This document shows positions 18,153 through 26,627 of a stretch of 64,000 nucleotides of DNA, piece after piece. The number at the start of each line of letters is the position of its first letter. Position 1 is the first letter of the stretch. The notes beneath the pieces are model-generated. The model did not search any database, was not told the DNA's origin, and saw nothing but the letters and a program-made list of their open reading frames with translations. The position numbers and the translations under genes are program-made. Location: positions 128,001-192,000 of the forward strand of contig CBDBKE010000004.1 in assembly GCA_965206645.1 (NCBI GenBank), given 5' to 3'. The DNA comes from Terriglobia bacterium (lineage in GTDB: Bacteria > Acidobacteriota > Terriglobia > JAJPHL01 > JAPKYU01).

Positions 18153-18656
18153 ATGAAGAAGCAGAAGGGCTTTTCACTGATTGAGTTGTTGATTGTGGTG
18201 GCGATCATTTTGATTATCGCGGCTATCGCCATCCCGAACCTGCTGAGGTCCCGGATTGCCGCCAACGAGGCGTCTGTAACCAGTTCCTTGCGTACGTTGA
18301 ACACCGCGGAGATCACGTACGCCTCTACATATAACTCGGGCTTCACGGATGGATTGAACCGCCTTGGCCCACCGGCGTCCGGCAGCCAGGCCGATGCAAC
18401 CCGCGCCGATTTGGTGGACCCCGTACTTGCCGGGATTGAGGGGGGGTCGGACACCACGTTTACCAAGAGCGGGTACATCATCACCTTTGCTCCGACCGGC
18501 TCGAACACTACTTACGGGTTTATCGCTCAGTTCCTAACCAACGCGGATCCGGTCGCACGTGGCTCCAGCGGCCAGCGTTCCTTCTGCAGCAGCGAAGCCA
18601 ACGTGATCCGTTTCAATCCTACGGCCGTCGCCACGCTCACCGACACGCCGATCTAG
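18153..18656 (+). CDS. pilA: Type IVa major pilin (copy 2)
   Basis: MKKQKG|FSLIELLIVVAIILIIAAIAIP; paralogous to copy 1 along its whole length. Confidence 0.92.
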   Translation: MKKQKGFSLIELLIVVAIILIIAAIAIPNLLRSRIAANEASVTSSLRTLNTAEITYASTYNSGFTDGLNRLGPPASGSQADATRADLVDPVLAGIEGGSDTTFTKSGYIITFAPTGSNTTYGFIAQFLTNADPVARGSSGQRSFCSSEANVIRFNPTAVATLTDTPI

Positions 18657-18683
18657 TCGGCTCGGTGCATTTGTCCTGTTGAG

Positions 18684-18713
18684 GAAGGGAGAACCTCCCT
18701 GGGTTCTCCCTTC
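18684..18713 (+). terminator. 12-bp stem hairpin downstream of pilin (terminator/mRNA-stabilising)
   Basis: GAAGGGAGAACC, 6-nt loop, GGTTCTCCCTTC. No U-tract. Confidence 0.5.
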
Positions 18714-18739
18714 ACGCGTAGCGCGGGTCAAGTCAGGCT

Positions 18740-21031
18740 ATGGCCCACCAGCGGCGATTGCTGCTCGCCCTATCTACCCTCGCCATCTTGTATGCCGCTC
18801 TGAGCGGCCTGCGCACAGTGGGCGACTCGGACCTGGGGTGGCAACTGGCTACCGGCCGTTACGTCCTCTTACATAAACAAATTCCTTCCCACGACGTCCT
18901 TTCCTACACAGCTCGCGGTCGGGAGTGGATCTATCCGCCCTTTTCGGGGGTTCTCTTCTATGGGGCGCACTGGCTTGGAGGCTACGCGGCAATCTCCTGG
19001 CTGGCCGCGGCGGCGTGCGCGGGGACGGTGGCGATGCTGCTAGCTGCCGGTGGCCCCACCTCCGCAGCCCTGGTACGCGCCTCCCTTGCGGTGCTGGCCG
19101 TTCCCGTGGTGGCCTTTCGCACAGCTCCGCGGGCTGATTTGTTCAGTACCCTGCTGTTTGCTCCGCTCGTGGTTATCTTGTGGCGCCACCACCGCGACCG
19201 GCCTTCTCCCCTGTGGCTGCTGCCGCTGCTGCTGTGCCTGTGGGCCAACCTACACCTGGGATTTGTCGCGGGAGTGGCGTTGTTGGCCGCCTACGTAGTG
19301 GTGGAGCTTCTGGAGCTGCCATTCCCGGAGAAGCGCGCCCAGGCCTCGGCTCGCCTGCGGCGCGCCGCTCCCTGGCTGGCCACGGCCGCACTGGCCACAC
19401 TGGTGAATCCGTGGGGGCCGCGTCTCTATGCGGCGTTGTTCCGGCAGAGCCGCCTGCTGGAGTCACTGGAAGGGCATGTCGGCGACTGGCTGGTGGTCCG
19501 AGTCTCCCGGGCAAGCCTGTCGGAACTGCTGGCCTGGCGGAACCCTGACAGCGCGTTCTGGTGGTTGCTGGTGGCGAGCGTGCTGGCTGCCGGCGTGGCG
19601 CTGTGGCGTAGGTCACCGGGAGCAGCGCTCCTGTTGGCCGTCGCACTGTTCGGCTCCATGCGCTACCTGCGCTTACAGGCGCTATTTGCCATAGTGGTGG
19701 TTGTGGTCGGCGGGGAGCTCCTGGCTTCGTGGTCCTGGAAACCTAACTGGCTGGTGCGCCGACAGTGGCCGGCCGCGGCCGGCGTTCTGCTGGCGTTGGT
19801 GGCTCTGGGAGGCTTGGTTGGCGTGCGGGCCGCCGATCTGGTTTCCAACCGCCATTACCTCAGCGTGGTGGGTAACGTGGGTTTCGGCCCCGGCGTTTCC
19901 TGGTGGTACCCGGAGCGCGCTACCGCTTTTCTGCTGCGCGAGCGCCTGCCGGGCCGTATCCTGAACGACTTCAACCTGGGCGGCTATTTAACCTGGCGGC
20001 TGGGGCCGGACTACCCGGTGTCGCTGGACGGCCGCGCCGTGCCCTTTGGCGCGGAGCTGTTTTTCCAGCACAAGGCACTGTTATTGCAGCCACCCGATTC
20101 CCCGCAATGGCAGCAGCAGGCCGAGCGGTGGGGCGTCAACACTGTGATCCTGGCTGTGGCGCGCTATGCTGGGCTGGGCAATATCGCGTTGCGGCGCTTT
20201 TGCGAGAGTCAGACCTGGCGGCCAGTCTACTTGGATGAGGTGGCTGCGCTGTTCGTGCGTAACCGGCCTGAGAACGCGTTCTGGCTGGATCGTTTCCAGA
20301 TTGACTGCGCTAGCACGCAGTTTACGCCGCCCAAGCCGACCTCCAGGTTCGGTTCTCGAAACGCTGCCGAATTGTATAACTTCCATGCCAATGCTGGCTG
20401 GGTGCTGTTTGCCCTGGGGCGCAACCAGGAAGCCTTCGATGCCTTGGAGCGAGCCCATCGGATTTTCGCGGACGACCCACAGCTGCATCTGATGAAAGGC
20501 TCCGTTCTGCAGGCCAGCCACCGGATTCGCGAAGCGGAGCAGGAATACCGGGCGGCTCTGCGGCTCCGAGAAAGCGATCAAGGCTGGTACGCCGTCGGCC
20601 AGGCACAGGCGCTGCAGGGGCACTATCAAGAAGCGGAAGAAGCGATCCGCCGCGCCGCCCGTCATTCCGTGTTCGCACATGAGATGTACCGTGTCCTGGG
20701 CGAGGTGTACTTGTCCATGAAGCAGCCGCGGCAAGCCCTTCGGGCTTGGGAGGAGGCGGAGAAACGCAGCCCTTACCGCGGCCCGGCGGCGCCCCTGGGG
20801 CAGGCGTTTCGCGTGCAGGTAGCGGTCGGTCGGGCCCGCGCCTGGAGGAGCCTCGGAGACCTGGGCCGCGCTGTCTCTTTTCAGGAACAGGCGGTACAAT
20901 CGGTGCCGAAGGACCCGGCTGGGTGGCTTAACCTAGCGGAGCTGTATCAGGCCCAGGACCGCCAGCAGAGTGCGCAACAGGCACGCCAGCAAGCCCGGGA
21001 GCTGCAAACGGATCGGCTTCTGGCCCAATGA
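18740..21031 (+). CDS. Multi-pass membrane protein with C-terminal TPRs, probable GT-C-type glycosyltransferase
   Basis: First-loop acidic motif DSDLGWQLATGR, plus RADLFS, LWANLHLGF, NPWG, GGYL and DGR motifs. About 11 TM segments followed by a TPR array. Confidence 0.6.
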   Translation: MAHQRRLLLALSTLAILYAALSGLRTVGDSDLGWQLATGRYVLLHKQIPSHDVLSYTARGREWIYPPFSGVLFYGAHWLGGYAAISWLAAAACAGTVAMLLAAGGPTSAALVRASLAVLAVPVVAFRTAPRADLFSTLLFAPLVVILWRHHRDRPSPLWLLPLLLCLWANLHLGFVAGVALLAAYVVVELLELPFPEKRAQASARLRRAAPWLATAALATLVNPWGPRLYAALFRQSRLLESLEGHVGDWLVVRVSRASLSELLAWRNPDSAFWWLLVASVLAAGVALWRRSPGAALLLAVALFGSMRYLRLQALFAIVVVVVGGELLASWSWKPNWLVRRQWPAAAGVLLALVALGGLVGVRAADLVSNRHYLSVVGNVGFGPGVSWWYPERATAFLLRERLPGRILNDFNLGGYLTWRLGPDYPVSLDGRAVPFGAELFFQHKALLLQPPDSPQWQQQAERWGVNTVILAVARYAGLGNIALRRFCESQTWRPVYLDEVAALFVRNRPENAFWLDRFQIDCASTQFTPPKPTSRFGSRNAAELYNFHANAGWVLFALGRNQEAFDALERAHRIFADDPQLHLMKGSVLQASHRIREAEQEYRAALRLRESDQGWYAVGQAQALQGHYQEAEEAIRRAARHSVFAHEMYRVLGEVYLSMKQPRQALRAWEEAEKRSPYRGPAAPLGQAFRVQVAVGRARAWRSLGDLGRAVSFQEQAVQSVPKDPAGWLNLAELYQAQDRQQSAQQARQQARELQTDRLLAQ

Positions 21032-21058
21032 AGTTCTTGTCAGAATAGGAATCGAGCA

Positions 21059-22015
21059 ATGGCAGGACCGGCGATCGAAATCGAGCAACTGACCAAGGAC
21101 TACCTGATCGGCTTCTGGCGGAAACGACCGCGCCGGGCGCTGGACGGGTTGACGCTGAGGGTCCAGGAGGGCGAGGTGTTCGGTTTTCTCGGTCCCAACG
21201 GTGCCGGCAAGACCACAACGTTGAAACTGCTGACAGGACTGATCTTCCCCACCTCAGGAGAGGCGCGCATTCTGGGGCACTCCATTGAAGACGTGAGCAT
21301 GCACCGCGACATCGGCTACCTGCCCGAGCAGCCGTATTTCTACGATTACTTGACGGCCCGGGAATTGCTCGACTACTTCGCGCGCTTCTTTGGCTACGGG
21401 GTGAAGGAGCGCCGGCGGCGCGTTGAGCAGTTCCTGGAATTGGTGGGGCTGGCATCGGCCGGCAACCTGCAACTTCGCCTTTTTTCCAAGGGAATGCTGC
21501 AACGGGTGGGACTGGCCCAGGCGATCCTGCACGACCCGCAGGTGCTGTTTCTGGACGAGCCGATGTCGAGTTTGGATCCGCTGGGCCGCCGCGAAGTTCG
21601 CGACATCATCCTCGAATTGAAGCGCCGGGGGCACACCGTCTTCTTTTCCACGCATATCCTGTCTGATGCGGAAATGCTGTGCGACCGCGTGGCCGTGCTG
21701 GTGAACGGGCGCTTGCAGGGGGTGGGCTCGCCCGAGGAAATCGTCTCCATCCAGGTGCACGGCCTGGAGATTCTGTTCGAGTTGCCGGCCGATGCCTCGC
21801 TGCCGCCGACTTTGGCTTCTCGGGCCACCCGGACAGGGGCCCGCTACCGCATCGAGGTACCCGAGGAGGAGTTTTACCCGACGCTGGAGCGGCTGGGCGC
21901 TTGCAGGGCCCGCATCCTCTCGGTGACCCAACTGAAACCGACGCTGGAAGATTTCTTCCTGCGCCTGGTCGGGCGGGAACAGGCGGCGCCGCCCGCCGTC
22001 GAAGTGGAGCGCTGA
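21059..22015 (+). CDS. ABC transporter ATP-binding protein (PilH-like)
   Basis: Walker A GPNGAGKTT, signature FSKGMLQR, Walker B LFLDEP, H-loop. Located in the pilin cluster. Confidence 0.9.
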   Translation: MAGPAIEIEQLTKDYLIGFWRKRPRRALDGLTLRVQEGEVFGFLGPNGAGKTTTLKLLTGLIFPTSGEARILGHSIEDVSMHRDIGYLPEQPYFYDYLTARELLDYFARFFGYGVKERRRRVEQFLELVGLASAGNLQLRLFSKGMLQRVGLAQAILHDPQVLFLDEPMSSLDPLGRREVRDIILELKRRGHTVFFSTHILSDAEMLCDRVAVLVNGRLQGVGSPEEIVSIQVHGLEILFELPADASLPPTLASRATRTGARYRIEVPEEEFYPTLERLGACRARILSVTQLKPTLEDFFLRLVGREQAAPPAVEVER

Positions 22016-22017
22016 GC

Positions 22018-22791
22018 ATGTTGAGCTGGGTGGTTGCTGTCAATACCTTTCGCGAAGCGGTGCGCGACCGTGTGCTCTACAACCTGATCTTCTTCGCACT
22101 GCTGATGATTGCCGCCGCCGTGCTGGTGGGCCAGATCTCGATCGACATCGAGCGCCTCGTGATCGTCAACCTCGGGCTGACGTCCATCTCAGTGTTCGGC
22201 TTGTTGATGGCAGTGTTCATCGGGGTTGGGTTGGTCTACAAAGAGATCGACAAGTTCACTTTATACGCGTTGCTCTCCAAGCCCATCCGCCGCTGGGAAT
22301 TCCTGGTGGGTAAGTACGCCGGGCTGCTGCTAACCCTGACCGTCAATACGGCGCTCATGACTGTGGGACTGGCGGCAGCGCTGTTTTACGTCACGCGCGC
22401 GTTCCCGCGTAGCGACCTCTCCGTGCTGGTCGCCATCTACTTCATTTTGCTCAAGCTGGCGCTGGTAACGGCGCTGGCCCTGTTGTTTTCTTGCTTTTCG
22501 ACGCCGCTGCTGTCCACCTTGTTCACCCTCGGTGTGTACCTCACCGGGCTGTTTGCCCAGGACATCCGGACCTTCGGCGCCATGACCGAGAATCCCCTGT
22601 TGGAGAGGCTCACGGTAGTGCTGTACTACCTGCTGCCAAATTTCAGCAATTTCAATGTCATTGCCGCCGCCGCCTACGGACGGCCCATCCCGCTGTCGCT
22701 GGTCCTGCTGAATACGGGCTACGCCGCCCTGTACATCAGCGTGATGTTGCTGGCCGCTTCGGCGATCTTCTCCAGCCGCAACCTGAAGTGA
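22018..22791 (+). CDS. ABC-2 type permease (PilI-like)
   Basis: Motifs NTFREAVRDRVLY, KEIDKFTLYALLSKPIRRWEFLVGKY and YYLLPNF; 6 TM segments. Confidence 0.85.
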   Translation: MLSWVVAVNTFREAVRDRVLYNLIFFALLMIAAAVLVGQISIDIERLVIVNLGLTSISVFGLLMAVFIGVGLVYKEIDKFTLYALLSKPIRRWEFLVGKYAGLLLTLTVNTALMTVGLAAALFYVTRAFPRSDLSVLVAIYFILLKLALVTALALLFSCFSTPLLSTLFTLGVYLTGLFAQDIRTFGAMTENPLLERLTVVLYYLLPNFSNFNVIAAAAYGRPIPLSLVLLNTGYAALYISVMLLAASAIFSSRNLK

Positions 22792-22792
22792 A

Positions 22793-23716
22793 ATGAGTAG
22801 TCGCGGGCGCACAGGACAAATCTGGATCGCCGTACTGGCCCTGCCGGTTCTGCTGGTGGCGGTGTATCCGCTTCAGGTGCGCATTGAGGAGCAGACACAG
22901 ACCGTGCAGCAGCAGAAGGAGGTGTTGCTTCTGCGTTCACGTGGGCTGCTGAAGAAGTTGAGTTTTGGTTACGACTCGCTGCTGTCGAACATCTATTGGA
23001 CGCGCGCCGTGCAGTACTACGGTGGTAAGCGGCGCGACCGGGATCCTAACTTCGAGCTGCTGGGGCCCCTGCTCGACTTGACCACCACGCTGGACCCACA
23101 CCTACTGGTTGCTTACAAGTTCGGCGCCATCTTCCTGGCGGAGCCGGCTCCCCGAGGTGCCGGGCGTCCTGACCTAGCAGTGGCCTTGATCCGCCGGGGC
23201 ATCGTAGCCAACCCCGAGGAATGGCGCCTGTGGCACGACCTTGGCTTTATCTACTACTGGGACATAAAGGACTACGAGAAAGCCTCCCAAGCCTACCGCC
23301 AGGGAAGCAAGCATCCCAAGGCCCGCGACTGGATGAGAGTGATGGCGGCCAAGATCGCCCAGGAGGGAGGCTCGCGGGAAACCTCGCGCTTCCTCTGGCG
23401 GGAAATCTACGAATCCACGAAGGACCCCAACATCCGCAAGAATGCCCTGGACCACCTGACTGGCTTGAAGGCGGAAGAGGATGTCGAACAACTGGAGAAG
23501 CTGGCGACGGACTTCAACAGTCGCTTTCGCCGGCTTCCGAGATCGGTGGCCGAAATGGTTGGGGCCGGAATGCTGCGGGGCCTGCCGATGGACCCGTCCG
23601 GCTACCCCTACATTCTGCGCCCGGACGGCAAGGTACACCTGCATCCTTCCAGCCCGGTAGTATCCGAGGTTCTCAGGCCGTTCCGGCCGAATTTACCCCC
23701 AAACGCCGGATTCTAG
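22793..23716 (+). CDS. Pilus-associated periplasmic TPR-like protein (PilG-like)
   Basis: N-terminal TM, then YWTRAVQYYG, TTLDPH, helical repeats and DPSGYPY. Follows the ABC pair, as in Myxococcus pilGHI-type modules. Confidence 0.6.
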   Translation: MSSRGRTGQIWIAVLALPVLLVAVYPLQVRIEEQTQTVQQQKEVLLLRSRGLLKKLSFGYDSLLSNIYWTRAVQYYGGKRRDRDPNFELLGPLLDLTTTLDPHLLVAYKFGAIFLAEPAPRGAGRPDLAVALIRRGIVANPEEWRLWHDLGFIYYWDIKDYEKASQAYRQGSKHPKARDWMRVMAAKIAQEGGSRETSRFLWREIYESTKDPNIRKNALDHLTGLKAEEDVEQLEKLATDFNSRFRRLPRSVAEMVGAGMLRGLPMDPSGYPYILRPDGKVHLHPSSPVVSEVLRPFRPNLPPNAGF

Positions 23717-23857
23717 ATGCGCTCCTAAGACGCGCCCCTAAGGCTCGCCCCCGGCCACTTCAGATTCTGTCTCCGTTCTGCTGGTGTTACCTGCCGCCCG
23801 GGGGTCGCGAAACCCGCTGCCGGTTAATGAGATAATCAATCTGAACGATTGCCGAGG

Positions 23858-24505
23858 ATGGACCGTCCTAAACAAAGAGAGATGGTCACAGCGGGAGAGA
23901 CGCTGGCGGGGAGGGTGCCCTCAGGCGCCGTCGCCGAAGTTCGCCAGGCCACCGCCGTCTCTGTGACCGACTCCCCAGAGTGGTTTTCCGAGCTGGTTCG
24001 CTACCACCTGCGTCGCGTCTTTGCCTTGCTGTACCGGATGGTAGGCAACCGCGCTGATGCTCAGGATCTGGCCCAGGAGGTGTTTCTTAAGGCTTTCCAG
24101 CGTCGGCACCAGTTGCGTGACCCGGATCGGGCACTACCTTGGCTGTTGCGCATCGCGTCCAACACAGCCATTGACTTCCAGCGGGGGCGCGCCGCCGAGC
24201 GCCGGACTGAGCCGTGGAGCGAAGAACTTGAGCCCTCGTCACTGGCGCCTTCGCCCGAGCAGAAACTGGTTCGGCAGGAGCGGGAGCAGCGCCTACACGA
24301 AGCCCTCCGGGTGCTGAGTCCCAAAGAACGGGCCGCGATCGTGCTGCGCGACCTGGAGGACCTCAGCGGGGCTGAGGTAGCCCGCGTCCTGGGTTGTTCC
24401 CAGATTACCGTGCGCACCCACATTGCCAGCGCCCGAATCAAGCTGCGCCGTGTCCTTAAGAAAACTCAAGCTCGGGTGGCGCACCCAGCGAAGGAGATTT
24501 TGTGA
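23858..24505 (+). CDS. ECF sigma-70 factor
   Basis: Region 2 DAQDLAQEVFLKAF and WLLRIASN; region 4 LSPKERAAIVLRDLEDLSGAEVARVLG. Confidence 0.9.
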   Translation: MDRPKQREMVTAGETLAGRVPSGAVAEVRQATAVSVTDSPEWFSELVRYHLRRVFALLYRMVGNRADAQDLAQEVFLKAFQRRHQLRDPDRALPWLLRIASNTAIDFQRGRAAERRTEPWSEELEPSSLAPSPEQKLVRQEREQRLHEALRVLSPKERAAIVLRDLEDLSGAEVARVLGCSQITVRTHIASARIKLRRVLKKTQARVAHPAKEIL

Positions 24506-25044
24506 TCTGGCATCCTTCTGAATTTGATCTCGCCCTGGTGAATGCCGGCGATCTGCCGGGCTGGAAGCGCTACCTGGTAGAGCGTCACCTTCAGCGGTGC
24601 GCTGCTTGTTCGGAGCAGGCCCAGGGCTACGGAGAAGTTTCCCGCGAGCTACGGCGGCTCGGCCAAGGCATCCCGGAAACGCCCGAGTGGCTGGCGGCCA
24701 GAATTGTGGCCGGCCCGACGCACGCGTCGCGCCACGCTTTTGAGATACCACGCCCGTTGGCGCCGGCCGCGGCTTTGCTGGCGCTGATTTGCCTGGCGGT
24801 GTTGCTCATCGGACAACGGACGCCGCTGCCTCCCCGCCTCGACTACCAGGCATCCGCCAGCGCTGAGGCGATCGTGGGCGAGTTGAACGGTCCGCAGGGG
24901 CGCCAGCGCGTGGTGCTCTATACTGGGATGCGCCGCGGGCCGGTGGAAGTGTCGGCTGGCGCGGGGGTCCTCGGCATTTCCTACACCGACCCGGACACCG
25001 GCGCCCTAACCATTGCCCGCGTTTCACTGGAGGGCGCAAGGTGA
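24502..25044 (+). CDS. Zinc-binding (ZAS) transmembrane anti-sigma factor
   Basis: HLQRCAAC (HxxxCxxC), central TM helix; start overlaps the sigma factor stop codon. Confidence 0.8.
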   Translation: MIWHPSEFDLALVNAGDLPGWKRYLVERHLQRCAACSEQAQGYGEVSRELRRLGQGIPETPEWLAARIVAGPTHASRHAFEIPRPLAPAAALLALICLAVLLIGQRTPLPPRLDYQASASAEAIVGELNGPQGRQRVVLYTGMRRGPVEVSAGAGVLGISYTDPDTGALTIARVSLEGAR

Positions 25045-26345
25045 GCACCCGTTGCCGTCCCTGTTGCCGGTTTCGATTGGCCCGCTTCACGTGTGCCCTG
25101 CTAGTGCTGCTGCTGGCAGCACCGGCCGCGCTGCTGGCGCAACCAGGCCAGACCACCCGCTCGCCGTTCCAGCACCCGTCGCTCAGGCCGGCCGACATTG
25201 ACCCTCGCCGCTTCGTGCGGGTAGTTCTCCCAACGTCTGGGCCGCTGGAATTGGTTCACCTCGACTACGGCTCCAGTCGCATCACTCGCGGCGAGCAGGG
25301 CATGCTGATGGACTTGGACCTGCGCCTGACGGTGCGCAACCGCTCGTCTAAACCTATCGAAGGGCTGGCGCTGGCCCTGAGCTACGGTTTCAGCACGCCC
25401 GGCACGGGAGGGTTGAACGCCGTATCCGGGATTCGCTTGGCGCCCGGCGAAACCTACTCCGTCCCGGCACGGATGCGCGTGGAAATTGAGCTGCCTCCCC
25501 GCACCTCGCGGGCGCGTCCTGTGGACCTGCCCACCTCGGTGCGCATGCAGTTGGATTCCGTGCTGTTTGCCGATGGGTCCGCTTACGGCCCCGACCGAAT
25601 GCGGGTGCTCGGTACCATGCGGATTAACCAGGCCGAGTCTGCCCGCGACCGACGTTACCTGCAGGGGGAGTTCCAGAGGGCGGGATTTTCCCGCCTGATT
25701 CAGCTACTCGAGAAATGGGCCAGCCCGGCGGCCGGGCCCGGCCCCAGTTCGGCACAGGGGACTCCGCGGGTGTTGGCCGGAGCTGCAGCTGTGCGCGCCC
25801 GCAGGCTGGCGCGGAAGGCCAATTTCCGCGTCGTGCGCTTTGCCGACGCACCGCTGGAGATTGTGTGGGCGCGGGTCAGCGTCTATGAATCCGGCCCGGA
25901 ATCCGGCCCGAAATCCGGCTTGGTTGACCCCGAACTGGAGGTGCGCAACCGCGCTGGAACCGGGATTGTCGACTTCCAGGTTGGCTGGCTGTTGCAAGGC
26001 GCTTCGGGAACAGAGTCTCGTGTGACCACCATTTCCAGTTCTGGTTCTGGCTCCGGCAGAGCGTCAGCAAATCGCGTCCTCGTCTTGCCGCCGGGTGAGT
26101 CCTTCGAGTGGAGTGATTCGGTGGTACTGGAGACTGGCTCGGACGCCTCTGAGCCCCTCCTTTCCGGCCGTGTGTATTTGCGCGCTGTGCAACTTAGCGA
26201 TGGAAGGATCTGGGTTCCCGAGCGGTCTGCCTTGGAGGATGCCGGGCTGGGAAGCGTGCTGCCTCCTTCCCCGGAGATGATTCGCCTGTTGCGGTTCTAC
26301 CAGGCGCGCGGCCCCCAGGCTCTCAGCGCCGAGCTGCGGCAATAG
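25041..26345 (+). CDS. Secreted protein with two internally repeated beta-sandwich-like domains
   Basis: Signal peptide. Repeated pattern PLE(L/I)V..VRNR..L(A/P)PGE..V(L/Q)(F/L)(A/S)DG..P(D/E)R. Translationally coupled to the anti-sigma gene. Confidence 0.65.
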   Translation: MSTRCRPCCRFRLARFTCALLVLLLAAPAALLAQPGQTTRSPFQHPSLRPADIDPRRFVRVVLPTSGPLELVHLDYGSSRITRGEQGMLMDLDLRLTVRNRSSKPIEGLALALSYGFSTPGTGGLNAVSGIRLAPGETYSVPARMRVEIELPPRTSRARPVDLPTSVRMQLDSVLFADGSAYGPDRMRVLGTMRINQAESARDRRYLQGEFQRAGFSRLIQLLEKWASPAAGPGPSSAQGTPRVLAGAAAVRARRLARKANFRVVRFADAPLEIVWARVSVYESGPESGPKSGLVDPELEVRNRAGTGIVDFQVGWLLQGASGTESRVTTISSSGSGSGRASANRVLVLPPGESFEWSDSVVLETGSDASEPLLSGRVYLRAVQLSDGRIWVPERSALEDAGLGSVLPPSPEMIRLLRFYQARGPQALSAELRQ

Positions 26346-26420
26346 ACAGGCTTCCCTTCAACCGCTGTCCGCACTTCTGGTCCCCATTTTTCACTTTCCT
26401 AATTCGCCACAAAAGTTCAA

Positions 26421-26491
26421 GACCACTCGCTCACGCTCGTGGCTCGGAAGCGCGTTGAAAATACAGAGCCGCGCGCGTCAGCAAGCGGTCC
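26421..26491. repeat. REP-like palindromic element (copy 2)
   Basis: Inverted arms at 26421-26445 and 26466-26491; same family as 4292-4374; lies between convergent genes. Confidence 0.65.
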
Positions 26492-26627
26492 CACAAGCGC
26501 ACAAACAGAGGCCACGTTTTTTCGGGACACGACACTAGGTGCAACCTGCGGCTGCGGCACTGCGGCACCCGTTCTACAACAGATACGCGTGGGGGCTCGC
26601 TCCCATTGCTTGAGCCACTGCGCACGC

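Noticed and set aside
17384-18656. Electrically conductive (e-pili) pilins
   Set aside because: These are full-length pilins of about 160 aa with no aromatic residue between Phe1 and about residue 50, unlike the short aromatic-dense Geobacter type.
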